Shown here in pieces: positions 17,509 to 27,021 of a stretch of DNA of 40,206 nucleotides. The translations under genes were made by a program, and so were the position numbers. Position 1 is the first letter of the stretch, and every line of letters starts with the position of its first letter. Where the stretch lies: the NCBI GenBank assembly GCA_964531505.1, contig CAZHDT010000004.1:1-40206 (forward strand), written 5' to 3'. The stretch is from an uncultured Gammaproteobacteria bacterium. Its GTDB lineage: Bacteria > Patescibacteriota > Patescibacteriia > UBA2591 > UBA6264. The notes below the pieces were generated by a model. That model was not told the DNA's origin and made no database searches. It saw only the letters and a program-made list of their open reading frames with translations.

Positions 17509-18807
17509 CTACATTTTTTTTAAAAAATCTTTTACAATTTTTCTATCATCCCATGGTATTTTTTCCCCTTTCGGGCCCATTAACCACGGTTCACATCCTT
17601 TTCCTGTAATAATAACTAAATCTCCCGGTTCAGCCATCCTTAAAGCTTTTTCAATCGCTTCTTTTCTGTCTAAGATTTTAATGACTTTTTTGCTTTTTAT
17701 GCCATGGATTATTTCATCTATAATTTTTTGCGAATTTTCATCATAGGGGTCTTCATTGGTCACAATTATTTCATCTCCGTATTTTTCTGCCAACGCGCCC
17801 ATCACCGGCCTCTTCCATTTATCTCTTCCTCCCCCGGCTGAACCTAAAACACAAATCATTTTTCTATTAACCAATGGTTTTAAAGTCTGATAAACTTTTT
17901 CTAAAGAATCCGGCAAATGAGCGTAATCAACAATAACAGTAAAAGGATTTTTTAAAATTATTTCCATTCTGCCAGGCATACTTTCAACTTGTTTTAAAGC
18001 CTGAGCGCAAATTTCCAAAGGAATATTTTGTGATAAAGCGACGCTAATCGCGCTTAAAGCGTTATAAATATTAAATTCTCCTAAAAGATTTAATTTAAAG
18101 TCAATTTCTTTGACTTTAAAGCTTGTTTGATTTGAATTTAATAAAACCCCGTCTGCCTTAATTAAATTAAGGTCATCTCTATTTTCTTGATTAATAATGG
18201 TGAAACCGTATTTTTGATCTGCCGGGAATTTTAAAAAATATTCTTTAGATTGATCGTCAAAATTAACAATGCTAATTTTTTCAATTAACTTTCCGTTGAT
18301 AATTTTTTTTCTTTTTTTTGCCAAATGAAAAAATAATTTCTCCTTAGCTTGACGATATTTTTCAAAACCGCCATGAGATTCAAGATGTTCTGGAAAAAGA
18401 TTTAAAAAAACCGCAACATCATAATTTATTCCCAAATGACGGAATTGTTTTATTCCCTCCGAGCTGGTTTCAATAATGGCATAACGACAACCAGATTGAA
18501 ACATCTTTTTTAAAAATTTTTGCAAGGCAAATCGCCCCAACATCGTCATTTTCTTTTTATTTTCCCATTCTTGATCGCCTATTTTAAAATTAAAAGTCGT
18601 TGATAAACCAACTTTAAATCCAGCCTGTTCTAAAATCTTTCCAATTAAATTGACCGCCGTTGATTTTCCAGCGGTACCAGTTACTCCAATTACAATCATT
18701 TTTTCGCTTGGCCAACCGTAAAACAAGGTGGCAAAGTATGCTAAAAACCAATGATAAATAGAAAAAATTTTCAGTGGGATTATTTTTTTGAGAAATGACT
18801 TTATCAT
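17509..18807 (-). CDS. murE: UDP-N-acetylmuramoyl-tripeptide synthetase (MurE-family Mur ligase)
   Basis: GVTGTAGKST, IETSS, EHLESH, PGRME, DYAH, GGGRDKWKRPVMG, ITGKGCE. Start moved to ATG 18807 because the upstream extension runs through the tRNA. Confidence 0.9.
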   Translation of the reverse strand: MIKSFLKKIIPLKIFSIYHWFLAYFATLFYGWPSEKMIVIGVTGTAGKSTAVNLIGKILEQAGFKVGLSTTFNFKIGDQEWENKKKMTMLGRFALQKFLKKMFQSGCRYAIIETSSEGIKQFRHLGINYDVAVFLNLFPEHLESHGGFEKYRQAKEKLFFHLAKKRKKIINGKLIEKISIVNFDDQSKEYFLKFPADQKYGFTIINQENRDDLNLIKADGVLLNSNQTSFKVKEIDFKLNLLGEFNIYNALSAISVALSQNIPLEICAQALKQVESMPGRMEIILKNPFTVIVDYAHLPDSLEKVYQTLKPLVNRKMICVLGSAGGGRDKWKRPVMGALAEKYGDEIIVTNEDPYDENSQKIIDEIIHGIKSKKVIKILDRKEAIEKALRMAEPGDLVIITGKGCEPWLMGPKGEKIPWDDRKIVKDFLKKM

Positions 18808-18856
18808 TTTATGTTTTATGATTTTTAAAAAAATAATTATTTTAATTAAGTGATTA

Positions 18857-18931
18857 TGGTGCCCCTGAGAGGAGTCGAACCTCTGTCGCAAGTTCCGGAA
18901 ACTTGCACTTTATCCGTTAAGATACAGGGGC
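18857..18931 (-). tRNA. tRNA-Arg(CCG)
   Basis: GCCCCTG acceptor stem, D-loop GGA (A20), anticodon stem CAAGT/ACTTG with loop TTCCGGA, GGTTCGACTCC T-arm, encoded CCA; 75 nt. Confidence 0.95.
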
Positions 18932-18990
18932 GAAAAATAAAAAAAACATAATCTATTTCCCTAAACAGAAAAAATCGGGGATAGTCTCTA

Positions 18991-19557
18991 TTAAAATTCT
19001 TCGTCTCCTAATGAGGATAAAGGATTTTCATTATTCAATTTATGATAATTAGGAAGCTCTTTTATTTCATTAATCCCCAAATATTTAAGAAAATCAAGGC
19101 TAATACAATAAGACTTGTCTTCTATTTGATCAGATTCATTTTGAGCTATTTCTTTAATTAACCCTCTGATGATAAGGTTTCTCAAAATAATAGTACAATT
19201 AACTCCCCTTACTTGCTCTAATTCACTTTTTCTGATTGGGCCACGATAAGCAATAATAGATAATGTTTCCAAAGAAGCCGGAGTTAATTCCTGATTAACT
19301 TCTTGCTTTAAAAATTTTTGAATCAAAGGACCATAATTGGAATTTGTGACCATTTGATATTCCTGATTATCTTGAATAATTTTAATTCCACTTTCTCTAT
19401 TTTGATAATCATCAATTAATTGATTTAAAGGTTCTTCAATTTCCTCAATTTTTCGACCGCAAAATTTAGCTAATTCAGTTTTATTTAAAGAACGATTAGC
19501 AATAAAAAATAAGGCCTCCAAAGCTGATTTTAAATTAAAATTTTGTTGTTCTTCCAT
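18991..19557 (-). CDS. scpB: SMC-Scp complex subunit ScpB
   Basis: LEALFF, LTPASLETLSIIAYRGPIRKSELEQVRGVN. Confidence 0.95.
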   Translation of the reverse strand: MEEQQNFNLKSALEALFFIANRSLNKTELAKFCGRKIEEIEEPLNQLIDDYQNRESGIKIIQDNQEYQMVTNSNYGPLIQKFLKQEVNQELTPASLETLSIIAYRGPIRKSELEQVRGVNCTIILRNLIIRGLIKEIAQNESDQIEDKSYCISLDFLKYLGINEIKELPNYHKLNNENPLSSLGDEEF

Positions 19558-19611
19558 TTTAAGATAAATGAATTTAATTTATTTAATTTTTTAAAAAATT
19601 TATAGTTTATT

Positions 19612-20325
19612 TTAGGAACTTTTATGAATTCTAGAAATAATAATATCTTCAAATAACCCGGCCTGTTGAATATAAATTTCTTTTCTTTTAGCCAATTCTA
19701 AAGTAGCGAGAAATAAACCAACTTGATCGGGTTTTTGCTTTCCTTTAATCAAAGAATTAAAAATAACCTCTTTCTTTTCTTTTAAACTTTTTAACAACTC
19801 GCCGATTTTTTCTTTTAAAGAAATAAATTTTCTTTTAAATGTTTTTTGTTTAAATTTTATTTGGCGAATTAGATTTTCAAAAAAATTATTAAAATATTTT
19901 TCCAAGGTATGTGAACTAACTTTTACTTCCTGAGAAAAATTGGGGATAATTTCCAAGGGAATTTTATCTCGACTAAAAGACCGCTTTGAATTTTTAACCA
20001 AATTTTCCACTTCCCTGGACGCAAGAACATATTGCTGATAAATCTTTAACTGTTTTACCAAATCTTCTTCGTCGTCTTTTTCTTCTTCATTATTAATTTG
20101 CGGAAGTAAGGCACGAGATTTTATTAAAATCAATTTAGCGGCGATTTCTAAAAAATCCGCTAATTCCTTAGAACTGATTTCTTTTAATTCCTTTAAATAA
20201 TTTAAAAAATCATCTGCCACTCGCGCCAAAGAAATTTCCGTAATATCAAGCTCTTGCTTTTCGATGAGTTGAAGAAGTAAATGAAATGGTCCTTGGAAAC
20301 TTTCGGTTTTGATTTGATATGACAT
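19612..20325 (-). CDS. scpA: Segregation/condensation protein ScpA
   Basis: FQGPFHLLLQLI, LILIKSRALLP, FLATLELAK. Confidence 0.95.
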   Translation of the reverse strand: MSYQIKTESFQGPFHLLLQLIEKQELDITEISLARVADDFLNYLKELKEISSKELADFLEIAAKLILIKSRALLPQINNEEEKDDEEDLVKQLKIYQQYVLASREVENLVKNSKRSFSRDKIPLEIIPNFSQEVKVSSHTLEKYFNNFFENLIRQIKFKQKTFKRKFISLKEKIGELLKSLKEKKEVIFNSLIKGKQKPDQVGLFLATLELAKRKEIYIQQAGLFEDIIISRIHKSS

Positions 20326-20326
20326 A

Positions 20327-22123
20327 TTATTTTATTAAAATCGCTTTAATTCTTCTTACTCCAGCGCCACTCGCCTTTTCTTTAATAATCTTGAATTCTC
20401 CTAACTCTTTGGTATTTTTAGCATGCGGTCCAGCGCAAATTTCTTTTGAAAATTCGCCGATAGAATAAACTCTTACTTTTTCCGGATACTTTTCTTTAAA
20501 AAACGCTAAAGCACCTGAATTAATGGCTTCTAAATAAGACATTTCTTCCATTTTTATTTCCAAATTTTCTTTTATTTTTTCATTAACGATTTGCTCCACT
20601 CTTTTAATATCTGATTCCGTCATTTTTTGCTGATGAGTAAAATCAAATCTTATCCGTTCCTGGGTCAAATCTGAACCGGCTTGCTGAACATGGTCTCCTA
20701 AAACCAAACGCAAAGCTTGATGTAAAAGATGAGTGGCGCTATGGTGGGGCGCAACTTGTTCTCCCCATTCCCCCACTCCTCCGAATTTACTTTTAACTCC
20801 GGCTCGAGAAATATTTTGATGTTTTTTAAATCTTTTTTGAAAAGATTCATCATCAATTTTTAAATTATTTTCTATTGCAATTTCTTTAGTTAATTCCAAG
20901 GGAAAACCATAAGTATCATAAAGATGAAAAACTATTTCCGGTTCTAAATAATCTTTTTTCTCCAATAAACTTTCTTGAATAACTTTTTTAATCTTTTTTA
21001 AACCTTGATTCAGCGTTTGATTGAATTTTTCCTGTTCATCTCGAATAATGGTTAAAATTTCATTTTGTTTTTTAGCTAAATCGGGATAAATATTTTGATA
21101 AAGGTTAATCACCACTTTAGCTAAAATAATCAAAAAATCTTTTTCCATTTCCATTGAACGCCCATATCTCATCGCCCGCCTGATAATTCTTCTTAAAACA
21201 TAACCTCTATCTTCTTTGCTGGGCATTACTCCATCCGCAATTAAAAAACACGCCCCCCTAATATGATCAGCAATTATTCTGCTTTCTTTACTATCCTCTA
21301 AATTATTTTTAAGAGAAATTTCTTTTATTTTTTCCATGATAGGTAAAAATAAATCAGTTTGATAATCTGATTTCTTATTTTGTAAAATACAAATTAATCT
21401 TTCTAAACCAGCGCCGGTATCAATATTTTTATTTATTAACTTTTTAAAGTGACCATCTTTATCTTTATTATATTCCATAAAAACTAAATTCCAAATTTCA
21501 ACAAACCTTCCACATCCGCAATTGGGTCCGCAATTCTCTAAAAGACAAGTCTTTTTTTGAAATTCTTTTCCTAGGTCATAATGTATTTCTGAACAAGGAC
21601 CGCATGGACCAAAAGCACCGACCGGGCCCCAAAAATTATCTTCAATTCCAAATGATTTTATTTTTTCCTTAGCAATGCCATTATTTTGCCAAATATCTTC
21701 TGCTTCAGAATCATAAGGAATTTTTTCTCCTAAATTTGATTCAAACCCCTTAAAAATTGTCACCCAAAGTCTGTCTTTTTCTAATTGGCATTCATTGATT
21801 AAAAATTCCAAAGACCATGCAATCGCTTCTTTTTTAAAATAATCACCAAAAGACCAATTGCCTAACATTTCGAAAAAAGTATGATGAAATTCATCACCCA
21901 CCTCGTCAATATCAGAAGTGCGAAAACATTTCTGAACAGAACAGGCGCGAGAATAAGGAGGCTCTGCTTCTCCGCTTAAATATGGAACAAATTGTTGCAT
22001 ACCAGCGGAAGTAAAAAGGGCGGTTGGGTCAGCCGGAATAAGAGAAGCTGATTTAACAATCTGATGAGATTTATTTTTAAAAAACTCAATAAAGTTTTTC
22101 CTAATTATTTCTCCTTTTATCAT
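20327..22123 (-). CDS. alaS: Alanine--tRNA ligase (short form, no C-Ala domain)
   Basis: FTSAGMQQF, HHTFFEMLGNWSFGDYFK, GPCGPCSEI, DTGAGLER; editing motifs HSATH and CAGPH; ends at GVRRIKA. Confidence 0.96.
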   Translation of the reverse strand: MIKGEIIRKNFIEFFKNKSHQIVKSASLIPADPTALFTSAGMQQFVPYLSGEAEPPYSRACSVQKCFRTSDIDEVGDEFHHTFFEMLGNWSFGDYFKKEAIAWSLEFLINECQLEKDRLWVTIFKGFESNLGEKIPYDSEAEDIWQNNGIAKEKIKSFGIEDNFWGPVGAFGPCGPCSEIHYDLGKEFQKKTCLLENCGPNCGCGRFVEIWNLVFMEYNKDKDGHFKKLINKNIDTGAGLERLICILQNKKSDYQTDLFLPIMEKIKEISLKNNLEDSKESRIIADHIRGACFLIADGVMPSKEDRGYVLRRIIRRAMRYGRSMEMEKDFLIILAKVVINLYQNIYPDLAKKQNEILTIIRDEQEKFNQTLNQGLKKIKKVIQESLLEKKDYLEPEIVFHLYDTYGFPLELTKEIAIENNLKIDDESFQKRFKKHQNISRAGVKSKFGGVGEWGEQVAPHHSATHLLHQALRLVLGDHVQQAGSDLTQERIRFDFTHQQKMTESDIKRVEQIVNEKIKENLEIKMEEMSYLEAINSGALAFFKEKYPEKVRVYSIGEFSKEICAGPHAKNTKELGEFKIIKEKASGAGVRRIKAILIK

Positions 22124-22130
22124 AAATATC

Positions 22131-23141
22131 TTAATTATTTTTGTTTTTTAAATTTGTTGTTAAAAGTTGAAAAAATCGATGAGTAAAATAATAAAGAATA
22201 ATTAAAACTCCAGCCAAAACAAGAATAAGGTCAAGAAAACGTAGCATTAAAGTAAGACTAAACCCTGTTTCCGGGCTTAAACCGGAAATTTGAAAACCAA
22301 GAATATTTGCCGCTTCAAATACTCCTAATCCGGCAGGGATTGGCACTAAAGTAGCAAATAAATTTAATATTTTTACTAAAATTCCATTAAAAAACGAACA
22401 ATATTCCCCTAAAAATTTAACAAAAACACTTATTTGAATTGCCCCGGCTAAAAAAGTAGAACAAGATAATATTATTCCTTGAAAAGTTTCTTTGGGATAA
22501 TTTTTAAAAAAATTGAGGGTGCCATTTTTAATTATTTCAAAACTTTCTGCTAAATTATTTCCCTGATTTAACTTATCTAAATGAAAAAACTTAATCAAGC
22601 GATCCATTTTTTTATTTGATTTTAAAAGCTGTAAAATCAAATATATTAAAAAAAGGGTAGAAAATCCTATTAGAAAAAAAAGGAAAGCAATAAAAAATTT
22701 TTTTTGAAAGAAAAGGATAAAAACCCCCAAAAAAGCAAATACTCCAAAAGCGGTGATATCAATTAAACGGTCTATCACAACTGAAGTTATTCCTTGACTA
22801 ACCGGCATTCCTATTTTTTTCTTTAAAACAAAAATTCTTATCACTTCCCCTCCGTAACGGATTCCCGGCGTTAAATAACTTAAAGACATTTCCGCCAACC
22901 GCGACCCAAAAAGCATTCTGTATGATAATCCTTTATATCCTATCGATTTTAAAGCTAATTGCCAGCGCATTACCCAAGCAAAAAGACGATAAAAACCCAA
23001 AAGAAAAAGAACGGTTACCTGCCGCCAATTTAAAAATTTAAATCGAAAAAATATTTCTTTAAATTCAAATTGTTGATATATCCAAACAAAAAGGCTAAAA
23101 CCAAGTAACAAAGAAATACTGAAAATAATAAATTTCTTCAT
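22131..23141 (-). CDS. Lysylphosphatidylglycerol-synthase-TM / flippase-like membrane protein
   Basis: Polytopic; RW, YLTPGIRYGGEVIR, DRLID and PIPAGLGVFE motifs. Confidence 0.8.
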   Translation of the reverse strand: MKKFIIFSISLLLGFSLFVWIYQQFEFKEIFFRFKFLNWRQVTVLFLLGFYRLFAWVMRWQLALKSIGYKGLSYRMLFGSRLAEMSLSYLTPGIRYGGEVIRIFVLKKKIGMPVSQGITSVVIDRLIDITAFGVFAFLGVFILFFQKKFFIAFLFFLIGFSTLFLIYLILQLLKSNKKMDRLIKFFHLDKLNQGNNLAESFEIIKNGTLNFFKNYPKETFQGIILSCSTFLAGAIQISVFVKFLGEYCSFFNGILVKILNLFATLVPIPAGLGVFEAANILGFQISGLSPETGFSLTLMLRFLDLILVLAGVLIILYYFTHRFFQLLTTNLKNKNN

Positions 23142-23153
23142 AAAATTTTAGAA

Positions 23154-24686
23154 TCATTTCTGATTAAAGGAAATTGGTTTTTTCCTTTTTGCCTCATCAA
23201 GAGAAATATTTTTTTTAAAAACATTTTGACTATCTCCTTGGCGCGATTTTTTTAAACATTTTTTACAATAAACGGGACGCACTCCATCAGGAGTAAAAGG
23301 AAGATAAACCGTTGCTCCACAACTATCGCAATTTGCTTCGCATTTATCTTGATAAGTTTGGGGCAATTCTTGACCTTTTTCAATCGACCCGCTCCAACGG
23401 GCAATTTTTTCCTCCACTATCTTTTTAGGCTCTGCGTAACGCTCTCGAGAAATTCTAATAATTTTTTCTCGATTGTCTTCTAAATGACTTAGAGGGGGCA
23501 GGGTTAAAGCGGAAAATGGTTCTGAGGTAATGCCGTCAATCATTAATTTAACATAAATATTATGAGCATCTAAATCAACCAAATCGGTTTCTTCAAAACG
23601 GGGTTGGAATTCTTTAGCTAAAAATTCCGCGTCTTCGGCGCCTACTCGAAAAACAATCATTGTCCCAACGTTGCCAAAAACCGCATCTCGTACCCGAGTG
23701 TTTTCTGACATTAACTGACCAATATATTGATGAGCAATAATTAAATTTAAACGATACTTTCTCGCTTCTGATAAAATATTGGCAAATGATTCGGTGGCAA
23801 AATTTTGAAATTCATCAACATATAGATAAAAATCGTGTCGTTCATTTTCCGGAATATCAATCCTACTCATCGCGGCCATTTGAAGCTTAGTAATCATCAT
23901 CGCTCCCATTAAAGCCGAAGCATCTTCTCCAATTCTTCCTTTTGAAAGGTCCATAATTAAAATCTTTTTTTCGTCCATCACTTGACGCAAACTAATTTTA
24001 GATTTAACTTGGCCGACAATATTTCTAATCAAAGAAGTTGATAAAAATTGGCCAACCTTATTTTGAATAGGCGCAATTGCTTCAGTTCTTAATTTTTCCG
24101 AATATTTTGGATATTCATCAACCCAAAATGATTTAACTACCGGATCACTTAAACGAGAAACCACTTTTTTACGAAATTCATTATCCACTAAAATCTTCAT
24201 AATTCCCAAAAGAGTGCTTCCCGGATATTCTAAAAGGGCTAGAATCGCATTACGCAAGACATATTCCAAACGAGGACCCCAAGAGTCAGCCCAAATCTTT
24301 TTAAAAACACCCACTAATCCGGAAGCAACTAAATGGCGATGCCCAACATCCACTCTTTCCAAAACATTAAAAGCAAATGGATATTCCATGTCTGCGGGAT
24401 TAAAATAAATGACATCATTAATTCGGCTGGCGGGGACAAAATTAAGAGCTTTTTCTGCTAATTCTCCGTGCGGGTCAACAACAGCCAAACCATGGCCCTC
24501 ATGAATATCCTGATAAATCATATTTTCCAAAACCGTAGACTTACCAGTCCCAGTTTTCCCGATAAAATACATATGTTGACGCCGGTCAGCTGTTTTTATC
24601 CCGAATTTTCTTCTAATATTTCGATAATTTGTTTCCGCGAATAAAATAATATTATCTGAAACTTTTTCCTGATTTTGATTTTCCAT
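23154..24686 (-). CDS. VirD4/TrwB/HerA-like P-loop ATPase with C-terminal CxxC-x17-CxxC zinc ribbon
   Basis: Walker A GKTGTGKS, DPHGE, Walker B LYVDEFQNF, SEARKY, AHQ; tail CDSC-x17-CKKC; no TM segment. Confidence 0.85.
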   Translation of the reverse strand: MENQNQEKVSDNIILFAETNYRNIRRKFGIKTADRRQHMYFIGKTGTGKSTVLENMIYQDIHEGHGLAVVDPHGELAEKALNFVPASRINDVIYFNPADMEYPFAFNVLERVDVGHRHLVASGLVGVFKKIWADSWGPRLEYVLRNAILALLEYPGSTLLGIMKILVDNEFRKKVVSRLSDPVVKSFWVDEYPKYSEKLRTEAIAPIQNKVGQFLSTSLIRNIVGQVKSKISLRQVMDEKKILIMDLSKGRIGEDASALMGAMMITKLQMAAMSRIDIPENERHDFYLYVDEFQNFATESFANILSEARKYRLNLIIAHQYIGQLMSENTRVRDAVFGNVGTMIVFRVGAEDAEFLAKEFQPRFEETDLVDLDAHNIYVKLMIDGITSEPFSALTLPPLSHLEDNREKIIRISRERYAEPKKIVEEKIARWSGSIEKGQELPQTYQDKCEANCDSCGATVYLPFTPDGVRPVYCKKCLKKSRQGDSQNVFKKNISLDEAKRKKPISFNQK

Positions 24687-24692
24687 ATCCTT

Positions 24693-24721
24693 ATATTATA
24701 TCCTATAATAAAGATTGTCAA
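24693..24721 (-). promoter_or_regulatory. Putative leaderless promoter of the ATPase gene
   Basis: Minus strand TTGACA (24721-24716), 17 nt, TAATAT (24698-24693); predicted +1 coincides with the ATG at 24686. Confidence 0.55.
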
Positions 24722-24750
24722 TTAAAATTTTTATCATTTTTTCTTGATTT

Positions 24751-25860
24751 TTACTCTTTTTTTATTATTTTTTTAAAAGAAGAAAAATAAACGATCAAAC
24801 TGATGCCCAAAATAATTAAAACTATCAAGGAAATTACTTTTCCTTGAGTATGTAAAAATAAAGCGCTTAAACCAAAAATTGCGGCGAAAAACCAATAAAA
24901 AAGCACCACAGTTTGATGAGAAAAACCGGCTTTCAGCAAACGAAAATGAAAATGTTTTTGGTCTCCTTGAAAAGGAGATCGTTTTTCTATAAAAACCCGC
25001 TGAATAATTACGGAAATAAGATCAATAATGGCTAACCCTAAAATTAAAAAAGTAGTCGCCACTTTACTCCCAGAAATAATTGCTAAAGACCCTAAAATAA
25101 AACCAGCAAAAAGGCTTCCGCCTTCGCCTAAAAATATTTTTGCAGGATGCCAATTAAAAAATAAAAAACCCAAACTGGCGCCAGCTAAAATTAGCGCCAT
25201 TAAACCAACTTCCGGTTGATAAAACTGAGTAAAAAAACAAAGTCCGGCTATGGATAAAGCGCCAATTGTCGTTAAACCGGAAACTAATCCATCTAAACCG
25301 TCTAAAAGTTTCGTGGAATACATTAAAATAAGCAACCAAAAGAAAGTGATTAGGTCTGCCCAGGGAGTAAAATAATAATGAATTTGGTTAAATTGGAAAA
25401 TATTTATTTTCCATTGATCTAAAAATAAATAGCTATTTTGACCCAAAATTAAAGGATTATTAATAAATTTTATTCCAATTCCGCTAATAATAACACTTAA
25501 ACAAGCAAGAATGGGCCAAATTAACTGGCGACTGGGTTTTAAATTATATTTATCATCTAAAAATCCTCCAATCATTAAAAATATTCCCCCAATAAAAAGA
25601 CCAATCAAATTTTTATCAGTAATTTTATCTGCTTGGGAAATTAAATTAGAAAACCAAATTGTTTGCCGACTAAGAAATAAAACCAAAAAAAATGATAAAA
25701 AAATCGCCAAACCCCCTAAAAGAGGTATTGGCTTTTGATGTATTTTCCTCAATTTTTCTGGTCGGTCTACAATTTTAAATTTTAGAGAAAAAAGCCGAAA
25801 CAAAGGAGTTAAAATCAAAGAAATTAAAAAACTTAAAAATAAAAAAAGCAAATTAACCAT
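24751..25860 (-). CDS. WecA/TagO-type undecaprenyl-phosphate GlcNAc-1-phosphate transferase (MraY-like family)
   Basis: KIHQKPIPLLGG, GFLDD, DGLDGL, NWHPAKIFLGEGGS, GDQKHFHFRL. Confidence 0.88.
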   Translation of the reverse strand: MVNLLFLFLSFLISLILTPLFRLFSLKFKIVDRPEKLRKIHQKPIPLLGGLAIFLSFFLVLFLSRQTIWFSNLISQADKITDKNLIGLFIGGIFLMIGGFLDDKYNLKPSRQLIWPILACLSVIISGIGIKFINNPLILGQNSYLFLDQWKINIFQFNQIHYYFTPWADLITFFWLLILMYSTKLLDGLDGLVSGLTTIGALSIAGLCFFTQFYQPEVGLMALILAGASLGFLFFNWHPAKIFLGEGGSLFAGFILGSLAIISGSKVATTFLILGLAIIDLISVIIQRVFIEKRSPFQGDQKHFHFRLLKAGFSHQTVVLFYWFFAAIFGLSALFLHTQGKVISLIVLIILGISLIVYFSSFKKIIKKE

Positions 25861-26248
25861 AAAATTTATCTAAAAAATTCTGTAAAATAATTGACGCCGC
25901 GACAGCATGGTCTTTTTTTTTATTTTTTAAATCAATTTTATCAGCCATTTTTGAAGTTAATCTTTCATCAAAATCAATAAACGGAATCTTTATTTCATCT
26001 TTAAATAAATTCATAATTTTTTCAAGATTAAGTGTTTCTTTTGTTCTTTCCCCTCTCAAATTAAGAGGTCTGCCAACAATAATTTTTTCAATTTTCTCTT
26101 TTCTAATAATATCTTTTAAATTTTTTAAAAAATCTTTTTCTTTTAAATCTAAAATTTTATAGGGTGAAGAAATTTTTGTTTCTAAGTCGGCAATTGCCAG
26201 TCCAAAATATCTTTGACCAGGATCAATTCCTAAAATTCTTTTTATCAT
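25853..26248 (-). CDS. ruvX: YqgF/RuvX pre-16S rRNA maturation nuclease
   Basis: ILGIDPG, IIVGRP, DERLTS, DHAVAASIILQ. Confidence 0.92.
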   Translation of the reverse strand: MIKRILGIDPGQRYFGLAIADLETKISSPYKILDLKEKDFLKNLKDIIRKEKIEKIIVGRPLNLRGERTKETLNLEKIMNLFKDEIKIPFIDFDERLTSKMADKIDLKNKKKDHAVAASIILQNFLDKFYG

Positions 26249-26259
26249 AAATATTAAGC

Positions 26260-27021
26260 TTACATTTTAGTTAAAACTTCAGCGCCAGTTGAAGTAATTA
26301 AAATAGTATGTTCAAAATGAGCAGATAAACTTCTATCAACATTAATAACTGTCCAACCATCATTGCTCGTTTCTATTTCCCAGTCTCCTAAATTAACCAT
26401 TGGTTCAATGGCCAAAACCATTCCAGATTTTAAAATCGGTCCGGTTTTGGGGTCTCCATAATTAAAAATACTTGGGCTTTCATGAAGTTCTCTACCAATG
26501 CCATGTCCAGTCAATTGCCGAACAATAGAAAATCCATTTTTTTCAACAAAAGATTGAATTGTCCAAGAAATATCGCCTAAACGAATTCCTGGTTTAATAA
26601 TAGAAATTACTCTTTCCAATGATTGTTGAGTAATTTCTATTAATTTATCAGCTTGAGCTGAAATTTTTCCTATTCCAAAAGTGACTGCCATATCAGAATA
26701 ATAACCTTGAAATTTAACGCCGCAATCTATGCCAACAATATCTCCAGAATTCAAAATCTTATTTTTCCAAGGAATGCCATGCACCACTTCTTCATTAACT
26801 GAAACACAAAGAGTGGCTGGATATGGCCGATCCTTATGACCGTAGCCCTTAAAAGCCGGCTCAGCTTTTTGACTAATAATAAAATTTTCTGCTATCTTAT
26901 CCAATTCCATAGCAGAAACGCCCCGTTTAACATAGGGGGCGATTTTATTCATAGTCTGGGCAAGAATTTTCCCAGCCTGACGCATTATTTCTATTTCTTT
27001 TTCGCTTTTTATGGGAATCAT
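26260..27021 (-). CDS. map: Methionine aminopeptidase type I
   Basis: CVSVNEEVVHG, GHGIG, AIEPMV, SAHFEHT; ATGA overlap with the adk stop places the start at 27021. Confidence 0.97.
   Translation of the reverse strand: MIPIKSEKEIEIMRQAGKILAQTMNKIAPYVKRGVSAMELDKIAENFIISQKAEPAFKGYGHKDRPYPATLCVSVNEEVVHGIPWKNKILNSGDIVGIDCGVKFQGYYSDMAVTFGIGKISAQADKLIEITQQSLERVISIIKPGIRLGDISWTIQSFVEKNGFSIVRQLTGHGIGRELHESPSIFNYGDPKTGPILKSGMVLAIEPMVNLGDWEIETSNDGWTVINVDRSLSAHFEHTILITSTGAEVLTKM

Noticed and set aside
23154-27020. Alternative genetic code (TGA = Gly, code 25)
   Set aside because: Conserved genes translate full length under code 11, and TGA ends adk and the ATPase gene at sensible positions.
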